DNA of 64,000 nucleotides from the NCBI GenBank assembly GCA_965198065.1, contig CBDAON010000004.1:672001-736000 (forward strand), read 5' to 3'. The notes below the pieces were generated by a model that worked only from the letters and a program-made list of their open reading frames with translations, was not told the DNA's origin and did no database searches. Positions 21,697 to 30,717 of this stretch are shown in pieces. The stretch is from Longimicrobiales bacterium. GTDB taxonomy: Bacteria; Gemmatimonadota; Gemmatimonadetes; Longimicrobiales; Gaopeijiaceae. The position numbers were made by a program, and so were the translations under genes. Every line of letters begins with the position of its first letter. The first letter of the stretch is position 1.

Positions 21697-23198
21697 TCGA
21701 CGCGGTCCTCTCGAACCTGGGCGAGTATTGGATGGTGTACTCCCTTCTCGCCCTGTACACCCTGGTGCTCGCCCATCACGCCTGGGTCGGGAACCGAAGC
21801 ACGAAGGGCCTCACGGACTATTACGTGGGTGGGCGGAAGATGGGCGGGTGGCTGATCGGCCTCTCCTTCTTTGCAACGTACGCGAGCACCAACTCGTTCG
21901 TGGGGTTCGCCGGGCAGACGTACGACTGGGGTGTCCCGTGGATGCTGTTCATCCCGACCGCGGTTGCCCTCGCCTTCTTCGCCTGGATCGTGGTGGCGCC
22001 CCGGCTCCGGAGCTTCACAGAGGCGATGGGCGCGCTCACGATCCCCGATTTCATCGGCTTCCGCTTCTCGAGCACACCGGCACGCGTCGCGGCAGCGTTC
22101 GTCGTAATCGCCGGGTCGTTCTTCTACATGACCGCCGTGTTCACCGGAATCGGGCGGCTCCTCGAGGTCTTCCTCGAGATCCCGTACATGCTCTCGATCG
22201 TGATCGTGTTCATCGTCGTCATGCTTTACACGATGATCGGCGGCTTCATTAGCGTCGTACGGACGGATGGCCTCCAGGCCGTGGTGATGATGGTCGCCGC
22301 CGCGGTGCTCTTTACCGGGACGGTGGACGCGGCCGGCGGGCTCGCATCGCTCGGGGAGGTCCGGGCGCAGCCGGACGGCGAGGCCCTTTTCCGCCTGGGG
22401 GGTGGGGTCGCGGTCCCGGTGCTCATCGGGACGATGTTCGCGGGGCTCGTCAAGTTCGCGGTCGAGCCGCGGCAGCTCTCGCGCTTCTACGCGATCGAGG
22501 ACGCACGGGCGATCCGTACGGGGATGTGGGTCTCGTGCATCACGTTCGCCGCGGTGTTCTCAATGCTGATCCCGATCGGCCTGTACGCTCGAAACATCTT
22601 CCCGGGCGGGCTCGAAAACACGGACCTCGTCGTACCGAATCTCCTCTCCCAGGTCTTCGGCCCCGGGACCGCGGCCTTTCTTCTGGTCGCCATGGTCGCC
22701 GCGGCGATGTCCTCGCTCGACTCCGTCCTCCTCGTCCTCGCCTCCACCACCGAGCGGGATCTCGTGAGCCTCGTGCGACCGGGCCGCAGCGAGACCGCCG
22801 AGATGACGTGGACGCGGGGGTGGGTCGCGCTCTTCGCGTTCATCACGATGCTGATCTCCCTCGATCCGCCCGGGGGGATCGTCTCCCTCACGGCGTTCAG
22901 CGGCGCTCTCTACGGAGCGTGCTTCTTCCCGGCGGTGGTGCTCGGCCTCCACTGGAAGCGGGGGAGTGGGACCGCCGTGCTCGGGTCCTTCGCATCGGGA
23001 GTCGCGGTCCTCCTGCTCTGGCGGTTCGTGCCAGGCTCCGAGGTAACCCACGAGGTCTTCCCCGCCCTCGCCCTGTCCACCGCGACGTACGCCGGCCTCG
23101 CGCTCGTAACTGAGGACGGGGCGACCGAGGCCGTGCGTCAGCTCCTAGACGGAACGGCCAAGCCAGAGCCCGAGGCTGCGAGCCCACCGGTGCGGTAA
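21693..23198 (+). CDS. Sodium:solute symporter family protein
   Basis: DYYVGGR, SFVGFAG, TIPDF..RF, GGFISVVRTD, AAAMSSLDS; many TM segments. Confidence 0.88.
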   Translation: MIDAVLSNLGEYWMVYSLLALYTLVLAHHAWVGNRSTKGLTDYYVGGRKMGGWLIGLSFFATYASTNSFVGFAGQTYDWGVPWMLFIPTAVALAFFAWIVVAPRLRSFTEAMGALTIPDFIGFRFSSTPARVAAAFVVIAGSFFYMTAVFTGIGRLLEVFLEIPYMLSIVIVFIVVMLYTMIGGFISVVRTDGLQAVVMMVAAAVLFTGTVDAAGGLASLGEVRAQPDGEALFRLGGGVAVPVLIGTMFAGLVKFAVEPRQLSRFYAIEDARAIRTGMWVSCITFAAVFSMLIPIGLYARNIFPGGLENTDLVVPNLLSQVFGPGTAAFLLVAMVAAAMSSLDSVLLVLASTTERDLVSLVRPGRSETAEMTWTRGWVALFAFITMLISLDPPGGIVSLTAFSGALYGACFFPAVVLGLHWKRGSGTAVLGSFASGVAVLLLWRFVPGSEVTHEVFPALALSTATYAGLALVTEDGATEAVRQLLDGTAKPEPEAASPPVR

Positions 23199-23393
23199 CG
23201 CCCGGGACCGGGCTGGCCGATCCGGGGTCGGAGCTCAGCGGTCGGCGGCCGGGCATGAACCGCCGACACGTCGGGCGCTTCGCCTCCGCCCCTGAGGCCC
23301 CCCCCGGCGGTCCTTGCCGCGGAAAACGGCAGCCCATACGGTTCAGCACCAGCCTTCCCACTCACGCGATCCAGCGGAAAGCGAGTCTGCACC

Positions 23394-24455
23394 ATGTCTA
23401 GGCCACATCGTTTCGTAAAGAGCTTCGCGATTGCCGCAGTGACCGCGGCCATCTGCCTACTCCCCGCCATAGGCGCTCGGGCGCAGTCGGGACCCAGCCC
23501 GTACCGGCTCGTGGACGGGTGGGCCAAGCTCCCCTCCGGACGCGAGATGGGTGCGGTCGGCAAGGTCACGGTCGATCCCGACGGGAGGCACATCTGGGCC
23601 GTGATCCGGTGCGATGCCGGGGGCGATCGGTTCGGAAGCGAGTGCCTCGACTCCGACCTGGACCCGGTGGTGAAGTTCGACCCTGAGGGGAACGCCGTGG
23701 AGAGCTTCGGTAGTGGAATGTTCATCTGGCCGCACGGGATCGACGTGGATGGGGACGGGAACGTCTGGGTGACCGATGCGGTGAGCTCGGGCAACATCCC
23801 CGAGGGCGATCGCCGGGGCCATCAGGTGATCAAGTTCAGCCCCCAGGGTCGGGTGCTCATGACGCTCGGGACGCCGGGCATGGAGGGGAGCGGCCCGAAC
23901 GGGTTTACCTCACCGAGCGACGTGGCCGTGGCGGAGAACGGGGACGTCTTCATCGCGGACGGCCACGGCGGGAACGGGAACAACCGGGTCGTGAAGTTCT
24001 CCCCGACCGGCCAGTTCCTCCTGGCGTGGGGGCGGACGGGCTATGCCCCCGGGGAGTTCCGGACGCTTCACGCCATCGACATCGACGCCCAGGGGCGGGT
24101 CTTCGTCGGGGACCGGAGCAACAACCGGATCCAGATCTTCGATCAGGACGGGAACCACCTGGCGACCTGGACCCAGTTCGGACGCCCGAGCGGAATCGCA
24201 TTCGACGAGAACGGCAGGATCTACGTGGCCGACTCGGAGTCCGACGACGTCCAAAACCCCGGGTGGGAGATGGGGATCCGGATCGGGGATGCCGCGACCG
24301 GGTGGATCACGGAGTTCATCCCGTACCTGTGGGGCGACCCCCGGGAGACGGCCGGGAACGGAGCCGAGTTCGTGGCCGTGGATGGGGCCGGCAACCTCTA
24401 CGGCGGGGAGCCCCGCCCCCGGAAGCTCCAGAAGTACGTGAGGGTGCGCCCGTAG
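23394..24455 (+). CDS. Secreted NHL-repeat beta-propeller (peptidyl-alpha-hydroxyglycine lyase-like)
   Basis: Signal peptide; repeated PHGIDVD/PSDVAV/HAIDID..V.V.DR.NNRIQIFD NHL units. Confidence 0.8.
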   Translation: MSRPHRFVKSFAIAAVTAAICLLPAIGARAQSGPSPYRLVDGWAKLPSGREMGAVGKVTVDPDGRHIWAVIRCDAGGDRFGSECLDSDLDPVVKFDPEGNAVESFGSGMFIWPHGIDVDGDGNVWVTDAVSSGNIPEGDRRGHQVIKFSPQGRVLMTLGTPGMEGSGPNGFTSPSDVAVAENGDVFIADGHGGNGNNRVVKFSPTGQFLLAWGRTGYAPGEFRTLHAIDIDAQGRVFVGDRSNNRIQIFDQDGNHLATWTQFGRPSGIAFDENGRIYVADSESDDVQNPGWEMGIRIGDAATGWITEFIPYLWGDPRETAGNGAEFVAVDGAGNLYGGEPRPRKLQKYVRVRP

Positions 24456-24580
24456 GGGCGCCCGAGGGGAAGCGGGCCGAGTTCCCCCGACTCGTCGCCG
24501 ACCAGAGCGAAGGGCGCGCTCGTGCAGGAGGACTCTTGCAGTGGGACTCGACGAGAAAGAAAGTCCTAGAGGAGGACTCG

Positions 24581-25678
24581 ATGACGACTCGAATCCGTCG
24601 GATGATCGCCCGAGCGATGTTTGCGGGCGCCATTGTGCTGCCGGCGGCCGCTGCCGGGCAAGCCCAGTCGGTCACGGACGGGCGCCAGCCACTGGCCGTC
24701 GCTCGGATCCTCGCCGCCCGGTACCCGGCCGCCTCCTCCATGAGCTACATCCCGGCCGTGGCCTGGAGCGGATCGCTCCGGCTCGCGGCTCTCACCGGTG
24801 AGGCGCGCTGGCTGGAGAAGCCCCGGGAGGACATGGCACCCTTCCTCGCCGGCGAGCAGCCGACGATCACCGAGCCGTACGTGCTCACGAGGCTCGCAGG
24901 CCATCTCGCGTTCTCCGACCTCGCGAGACCGGCGGAAGGACGCGCCGGCGACGAGCGGGCCGGGGGGCTCGCCCGTTCGGCCGCGGATCTCATCCTCCCC
25001 CGCGAGACAGATGAGCTCGTCCGGTTCGGGCGGGGGTGGACCGACGACATGTTCATGGCCACGTCCCTCCTCGCCCGGGAAGCAGCGCGCACGGGGGACG
25101 TCCGGTACGCCGCCGCCGTCGGCCCGCTCCTCACGACGTACGCGGGGCGGCTCCAGCGCCCGGACGGGCTCTTCGTGCACGCCGAGGACGGTCCGTACGC
25201 GTGGGGCCGCGGGAACGGCTTCGCCGCGCTAGGCCTCGTCGAGGCGCTCACCCACCTGCCCGCCTCGTGGAGCGATCGCGAGGAGGTCCTAGAGATCTAT
25301 CGGCGTCAGATGAGCGCCCTGGTCGAGCACCAGAGCGACGACGGCAGCTGGCGTCAGGTCGTGGACGAGCCGACGAGCTCCCGCGAGCTGACCGTGACCG
25401 CCCTAGCGGTGACCGCGATGGCCCGAGGCGTCCGCATGGGCTGGCTGGACGGCACGGCGTTCTTGCCGATCATCGAGCGCGGATGGCAGGCGGTCCTCTC
25501 CCGGGTCGCGGAAGACGGGACACTTCTCGACGTCTGCGCCAGCACCGGCGCGGGGCCCACCCTCGAATACTACCTGGAACGCCCGATCGTGAACGGAGCC
25601 GACGACCGTGGCGGCGCGCTCGTCCTGCTCGCGGCCCTCGAGATGGAGGAGCTCGCTCGCTCCGACTCGGGGATGTAA
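24581..25678 (+). CDS. Secreted glycoside hydrolase, GH88/GH105-like
   Basis: WTDDMFM, WGRGNG, QSDDGSWRQV motifs; signal peptide; GAGGAG RBS. Confidence 0.8.
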   Translation: MTTRIRRMIARAMFAGAIVLPAAAAGQAQSVTDGRQPLAVARILAARYPAASSMSYIPAVAWSGSLRLAALTGEARWLEKPREDMAPFLAGEQPTITEPYVLTRLAGHLAFSDLARPAEGRAGDERAGGLARSAADLILPRETDELVRFGRGWTDDMFMATSLLAREAARTGDVRYAAAVGPLLTTYAGRLQRPDGLFVHAEDGPYAWGRGNGFAALGLVEALTHLPASWSDREEVLEIYRRQMSALVEHQSDDGSWRQVVDEPTSSRELTVTALAVTAMARGVRMGWLDGTAFLPIIERGWQAVLSRVAEDGTLLDVCASTGAGPTLEYYLERPIVNGADDRGGALVLLAALEMEELARSDSGM

Positions 25679-25702
25679 AGCGGCCCCGCGCCGGGCTCAG
25701 TT

Positions 25703-25885
25703 CTACGCCCCGTTCCCCTTGAAGCCGATGAAGAGGCCCAGGGCCAGGAGCGCCAGGTTGCTGGAGGCGCGGGAGAAGCCTTCAGCCGTAATCCCCACTA
25801 AGTCACCTCCCGTTAACGTCACAACCCCAGCCGCGAGGAACGAGACCGCCGCGAGCCCCACGCACGCCTTGGCCACGCCTTCCAT
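25703..25885 (-). CDS. Small two-helix membrane protein
   Basis: MEGVAKACVGLAAVSFLAAGVV..ITAEGFSRASSNLALLALGLFI; AGGAGG RBS. Confidence 0.65.
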   Translation of the reverse strand: MEGVAKACVGLAAVSFLAAGVVTLTGGDLVGITAEGFSRASSNLALLALGLFIGFKGNGA

Positions 25886-25983
25886 CGGTGACCTCCTAGT
25901 CTGAGAATTCGCCTGCGCTTCAGGGAAACAGCCCGCCCGCACGCTGGGCCGGCAGGGGGCGAAGCGCAAGCCCAGCGTCCGCG

Positions 25984-26466
25984 TCAGGGCTCGCGACGCT
26001 CCTCGAAGAAGCCTCGGAGCACGGACGCAGCGGCCTCCTCGAGCACTCCGGCGGTGACCCTGGCCCGGTGATTCAGCCGCGGATCCTGAAGCAGGTTCCC
26101 CAGGCTCCCTGCCATCCCCGCCTTCGGGTCGGGGGTCCCATAGACGACGCGCGGCACGCGCGCCAGCACAATGGCCCCCGCGCACTGGCCGCACGGCTCG
26201 ACCGTCACGTAGAGAGTGGTGTCGAGGAGCCGCCAGTCCCCGAGCTGCCGCGCCCCTTCCCGGAGCGCGACGATCTCCGCGTGCGCCGTGGGATCAGTCC
26301 GCTCCCGGGTCTGGTTCCTTCCCTCCGCGAGGATCCGTCCCCCCCGAACGAGAACCGCCCCGACGGGCACCTCGCCCCGGACCCGAGCTTCGCGCGCCCG
26401 CTCGAGGGCCCTGGCCATCCAGCAGACATCCCCGGGCTCGAGTGGATCGAACGATCCGTGGGGCAC
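25984..26466 (-). CDS. tadA: tRNA adenosine(34) deaminase
   Basis: GEVPVGAV, DPTAHAE, LYVTVEPC..CAGA, DPKAG, RLNHR. Confidence 0.92.
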   Translation of the reverse strand: MPHGSFDPLEPGDVCWMARALERAREARVRGEVPVGAVLVRGGRILAEGRNQTRERTDPTAHAEIVALREGARQLGDWRLLDTTLYVTVEPCGQCAGAIVLARVPRVVYGTPDPKAGMAGSLGNLLQDPRLNHRARVTAGVLEEAAASVLRGFFEERREP

Positions 26467-26552
26467 GCTCGGTCAGGCGGTCCCGCGCCAGGCGCACACG
26501 CCGGATCCGGTATGAGGAGGAAGAGTCGTCGAGCGACCCGCGCCAACGCCCC

Positions 26553-27209
26553 TCAGTGGGCCGTTGCGCTGACGGGAACGGGAAGCTCCTCGAACCGACG
26601 ATAGAGGCCCGCCACCCGACCCGAGATCTGGAGCTCGTCGAAGCCGTTCACGGACACCGGGCTCAACTCCAGGCGCCCCGGCTGGAGGAAGTGGTGTTGC
26701 CCGTTCCGGCTGTAGCGGAAGAGCTCAGGGCCGCCCCCCTCCCTGAGAATCACCACCAGGTCGCCCTCGCGGATCGCCGCCGGTGACGTCGGCTCGACGA
26801 GCAGGAAGTCACCCCTGTCCACCCCGACTCCGCGGAACTCATCCCCGCGGGCGCGGACGAAGTAACATCCCTTCGCCCCCGCCAGCCGGCGGTCCACCGC
26901 GTAGTACGCCTCGATTCCATCGGAGCCGAAACCGACACGCGGATCCGGGAGCGACGCGAAGCAGGGTACAGATACCGTCTGGGGGCTCAGGTCCACCCCG
27001 AGGATCCGCACCCCTCGGGACCGGGATGGATCCCGCTCAAGATAGCCCTTCTCCGCGAGAGCTCCCAGGTGCTCGGAGACCGTCTTCGTGCTCTTGATGT
27101 CGAACTGCTCACCGATCTCGCGGATGGAAGGCTGGTAGGTGTTCGCACGGAGATAGTGGACCATGAAGTCCAAAATCCTCCGCTCCAGATCGGTGAGAAC
27201 AGCCGGCAT
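26553..27209 (-). CDS. LexA-like repressor with a catalytically degenerate S24 domain
   Basis: LexA wHTH (PSIREI..F.IKS..TV..HL..L..KGYL.R....SR); C-domain lacks the Ala-Gly site and catalytic Ser/Lys. Confidence 0.8.
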   Translation of the reverse strand: MPAVLTDLERRILDFMVHYLRANTYQPSIREIGEQFDIKSTKTVSEHLGALAEKGYLERDPSRSRGVRILGVDLSPQTVSVPCFASLPDPRVGFGSDGIEAYYAVDRRLAGAKGCYFVRARGDEFRGVGVDRGDFLLVEPTSPAAIREGDLVVILREGGGPELFRYSRNGQHHFLQPGRLELSPVSVNGFDELQISGRVAGLYRRFEELPVPVSATAH

Positions 27210-27276
27210 TCCGGTTCTCCTGAGGGGCGCCGGCGGCGCCGAGAGGCTCCAGCTTAACTAGCCCTTCGAAAGGGTG

Positions 27277-28743
27277 TCAAGAACGCCCTTCATCATGGGT
27301 CAGGGGCGAGTCGTCCAACCTGTGGAGCGAGGCCTCGATCCTGGAGAGGGCGCGCTCCCTTCCCAGCACCGTTAGGACCTCGAAGATCCCCGGGCTCACG
27401 GCCTGGCCGGTCACCGCCACACGGAGCGGGTGGATGATGGCCCCGGCCCCCACCTCGCGCTCCTTCGCGAGGCCCCGGAGGGCCTCCTCGATCGACCCCA
27501 CCTCCCACGTCGGCAGGGCCGACAGCGCGCTCCCCGCCTCCCGAACGTAGCGCGCCGCAAGCTTCGGGTCCTTCCCCCAGTGCTTCTTCACGGCCTCCGG
27601 GTCGTACTTCAGATCGTTCGCGAGGTACATGGAGAGCTGGCCGGCGAGCTCGCTGACGGTGCCGGCCCGCGATCTCTGGAGCTCGATGGCGGCGTGCAGC
27701 CGTTCCGGGTCGTCGGCCCGCCACGCCTCGCCCACGGAGCGAAGGTTCCCCAGATCCTCGAGGACGAGGTCGGCCAGCGCCTCGACCGAAAGCCGCGAGA
27801 GGTGCTGCCGGTTCAGCCACTCGAGCTTGGTGGTGTCGAAGATCGAGCCCTTCTTCAACACCCTGTCCAGCGAGAACCGCGCCACCAGCTCGTCACGGGT
27901 GAGGATCTCCTCGTCCGTTCCCGGAGACCAGCCGAGCAAGGCGAGGAAGTTGACCATCGCATCCGGAAGGGTCCCCCGAGACCTGTACTCCGATACCGCG
28001 GTCGCCCCGTGGCGCTTCGAGAGCCGCTTTCCGTCCGGCCCCAGGATCATCGGCACATGCGCGAACGCCGGGAGGGGCCGACCGAGGGCGCGGTGCACGA
28101 GGATCTGCTTGGGCGTGTTCGAGAGGTGGTCGTCCCCCCGGATGACATGCGTGATCTCCATGTGCGCGTCGTCCGAGGCGACCGCCAGGTTGTACGTGGG
28201 CGTCCCGTCGGATCGGAGGAGGACGAGGTCCTCGATGTCCTCGTTCCGGAAGCGGGTCTTGCCGTGCACCCGGTCCTCCCACGAGGTCTCCCCCGCGGGA
28301 ACGCGGAACCTCACGGCGTGGGGCTCCCCCGCCCGCGCCCGGGACTCGGCCTCCCCGCCAGGGAGCGCGTCCGCCTCCCGGCGGGGATATCGGAGCGTGG
28401 CGGCCGGGTCCATCTGCCGGAGCCGCCTGAGCTCCTCGGGGTCCGTGAAGTCCCGGTACGCGAACCCCAGATCGAGCAAGCGCTCCGCGTCGGCCCGATG
28501 ACGGTCGATCCCCGCGCTCTGGAAGACCGGCTCCTCGTCCCACTCGAGCCCGAGCCAGCCGAGCCCGCCCAGGATCGCCTGCACGCTCTCCGGGGACGAG
28601 CGCTCCCTGTCGGTGTCCTCGATACGGAGCAGAAACCGGCCCCCCTCGTGGCGAGCGATAAGCCAGTTGTAGAGCGCGGTGCGAGCGCCACCCACGTGCA
28701 GGTATCCCGTGGGAGACGGCGCGAATCGAACGCGGACGGACAC
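27277..28743 (-). CDS. gltX: Glutamate--tRNA ligase
   Basis: RFAPSPTGYLHVGG, LRIEDTD, HVIRGDDH, RLSKRHG. Confidence 0.96.
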   Translation of the reverse strand: MSVRVRFAPSPTGYLHVGGARTALYNWLIARHEGGRFLLRIEDTDRERSSPESVQAILGGLGWLGLEWDEEPVFQSAGIDRHRADAERLLDLGFAYRDFTDPEELRRLRQMDPAATLRYPRREADALPGGEAESRARAGEPHAVRFRVPAGETSWEDRVHGKTRFRNEDIEDLVLLRSDGTPTYNLAVASDDAHMEITHVIRGDDHLSNTPKQILVHRALGRPLPAFAHVPMILGPDGKRLSKRHGATAVSEYRSRGTLPDAMVNFLALLGWSPGTDEEILTRDELVARFSLDRVLKKGSIFDTTKLEWLNRQHLSRLSVEALADLVLEDLGNLRSVGEAWRADDPERLHAAIELQRSRAGTVSELAGQLSMYLANDLKYDPEAVKKHWGKDPKLAARYVREAGSALSALPTWEVGSIEEALRGLAKEREVGAGAIIHPLRVAVTGQAVSPGIFEVLTVLGRERALSRIEASLHRLDDSPLTHDEGRS

Positions 28744-28779
28744 GGATGGGAGGCGACCCGCAGCGCGGAGGCCCGAGCC

Positions 28780-30078
28780 TCAGACGCGCGCTTCGCTCGG
28801 CGAGGTCCGGAAGGCCCTATCTTCCCGCCCGTACCGTGTTAGGACGTAGCCCAAGAGGATCTCCTCGAACTCCTCCACCAAGCGGTCGCCCTTCAGGGTC
28901 GTGAAGTGCTCGCCGTCCACGTACACGGGGGCCTTCGGCTCCTCGAACGTGCCCGGGAGCGAGATCCCGATATTCGCGTGCTTGGACTCCCCGGGTCCGT
29001 TCACTACGCATCCCATGACCGCCACCTGGAGATCTTCCACCCCGGGGAACGTCTCGCGCCACCCCGGCATCTCCCGGCGGATGTACGCCTGGATGCTCTC
29101 GGCCATCTCCTGGAAATAGCTGGACGTCGTGCGCCCGCACCCGGGGCAGGCCGTCACCTGCGGCTCGAAGCTGCGGATGCGCAGCGACTGGAGGATCTGC
29201 TGCGCGATCCGCACCTCCTCGGTGCGATCGCCGCCCGGCCTCGGGGTGAGGGAGACGCGGATCGTGTCGCCGATCCCCTCGATCAGGAGCGCGGAAACGG
29301 CCGCCGCGGTCGCCACGATCCCCTTCGCCCCCATGCCGGCCTCGGTGAGCCCCAGGTGGAGCGGGTACTCGGTCAGCGGCGCAAGCTCACGGTACACGGC
29401 GATGAGCTCCGGAACCTCGGAAACCTTCGCCGACAGGACGATCCGATCCTCCCCGAGGCCCGTCGCCTCGGCGAGCTCGGCCGAGCGCACCGCGCTCTGG
29501 ACGATGGCGTCCCTGAGCACGGCGTTCGCGTCCTTCGGCTCGGGAAGGGCCGCGTTTAGATCCATGAGCTCGGTGAGGAGCGCCTGGTCCAGCGACCCCC
29601 AGTTTACCCCGATTCGGATCGGCTTCCCGTTATCGATCGCGATGCGCACGATCTGCTGGAAGTTCTCGTCCCTCCGCTTGGCGCCGACGTTTCCGGGATT
29701 GATCCGGTACTTGGAGAGGGCGCGGGCGCACTCGGGGTGCCCACGCAGGAGAAGGTGCCCGTTGTAGTGGAAGTCCCCGATGATCGGCACGTCCACGCCG
29801 CGGTCCCGGAGTCGGTCGACGATCTCGGGGACGGCGGCGGCCGCCGGCTCGTGGTTCACGGTCACGCGCACGAGCTCGCTCCCCGCCCGGGCCAGCTCCG
29901 CCACCTGGGCCACCGTGGCCGGCACGTCCGCCGTGTCGGTGTTGGTCATGGACTGGACCACCACCGGCGCTCCGCCACCCACGCACACGCCGCCTATGTC
30001 CACGGCGTGGGTCTTCCGGCGGGTCCAGGGACTCAAGCGTCGCTCCCGCAAGGGGATGGGTTGATCGGCGCGGGTCAC
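28780..30078 (-). CDS. ispG: 4-hydroxy-3-methylbut-2-en-1-yl diphosphate synthase
   Basis: [54 protein letters not shown]; start uncertain. Confidence 0.95.
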   Translation of the reverse strand: MTRADQPIPLRERRLSPWTRRKTHAVDIGGVCVGGGAPVVVQSMTNTDTADVPATVAQVAELARAGSELVRVTVNHEPAAAAVPEIVDRLRDRGVDVPIIGDFHYNGHLLLRGHPECARALSKYRINPGNVGAKRRDENFQQIVRIAIDNGKPIRIGVNWGSLDQALLTELMDLNAALPEPKDANAVLRDAIVQSAVRSAELAEATGLGEDRIVLSAKVSEVPELIAVYRELAPLTEYPLHLGLTEAGMGAKGIVATAAAVSALLIEGIGDTIRVSLTPRPGGDRTEEVRIAQQILQSLRIRSFEPQVTACPGCGRTTSSYFQEMAESIQAYIRREMPGWRETFPGVEDLQVAVMGCVVNGPGESKHANIGISLPGTFEEPKAPVYVDGEHFTTLKGDRLVEEFEEILLGYVLTRYGREDRAFRTSPSEARV

Positions 30079-30180
30079 GCCCGCGGTCTCAAATGTACTC
30101 GGCCGCCCGGGGCGGACAAAGTCGGGGCGCTCGGGCGGAGCCTGGTTCACGCCCCGACGCTCCCTCATCTTGGATGGGTG

Positions 30181-30717
30181 ATGTCCACCCGAGCTCTCGA
30201 TCGCGCCGTCTGGTCGGTCCTGCTCCTCGCTCTGACCGCTACAGGGTGCGGGGGCGACGTACCGGAGCCGGACCTATCCGCGGACTCCTCGCCAACCCCG
30301 AGTGTGGGCCAGCTCAGCGGTGCGTCGGCCCTGGAGGCGGAGGACCGGACCGTCCGGCTCACCGCCCTGAGCGGCACCGGCGTGGGAGGCGAGGTGGCGG
30401 CCATGCACACCGAGGATGCGATCGTCCTAGTCATAGAGGCGACCGGCCTTCCGGGGCCGCGGGAATACGGTGTCTACCTCCACCGGGAGCGCTGTCGGGA
30501 TGAGGGGATCCTGGCCATGCCCCTTAACCCGATCGTGGGGCTTCCCGATTCGACCGGGACGAGCACGACCGTGCTCGAGCCCTCGGACGTGGCCGGTGCA
30601 GGCCCCCTCTCCGTCCGGCTCGTCGGCGTGGGAGACGCGCCCCTGGCGTGCGGCGAGCTCTCGTCCGGACCAGGGGGGACCGATTCGCCTAGAAGCGCTG
30701 TCCCAGACGCACCGTGA
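30181..30717 (+). CDS. Hypothetical lipoprotein, possibly SOD-Cu-like fold
   Basis: Lipobox ATGC; GL.....YGVYLH...C and ..LACG pattern, but most metal-ligand His residues absent. Confidence 0.55.
   Translation: MSTRALDRAVWSVLLLALTATGCGGDVPEPDLSADSSPTPSVGQLSGASALEAEDRTVRLTALSGTGVGGEVAAMHTEDAIVLVIEATGLPGPREYGVYLHRERCRDEGILAMPLNPIVGLPDSTGTSTTVLEPSDVAGAGPLSVRLVGVGDAPLACGELSSGPGGTDSPRSAVPDAP

Noticed and set aside
27430..28842. Long antisense and alternate-frame ORFs (e.g. 470 aa opposite gltX, 623 aa over purH, 500 aa over lctP)
   Set aside because: Shadow ORFs expected in high-GC DNA; Arg/Gly/Pro-rich with no motifs, overlapping well-supported genes.
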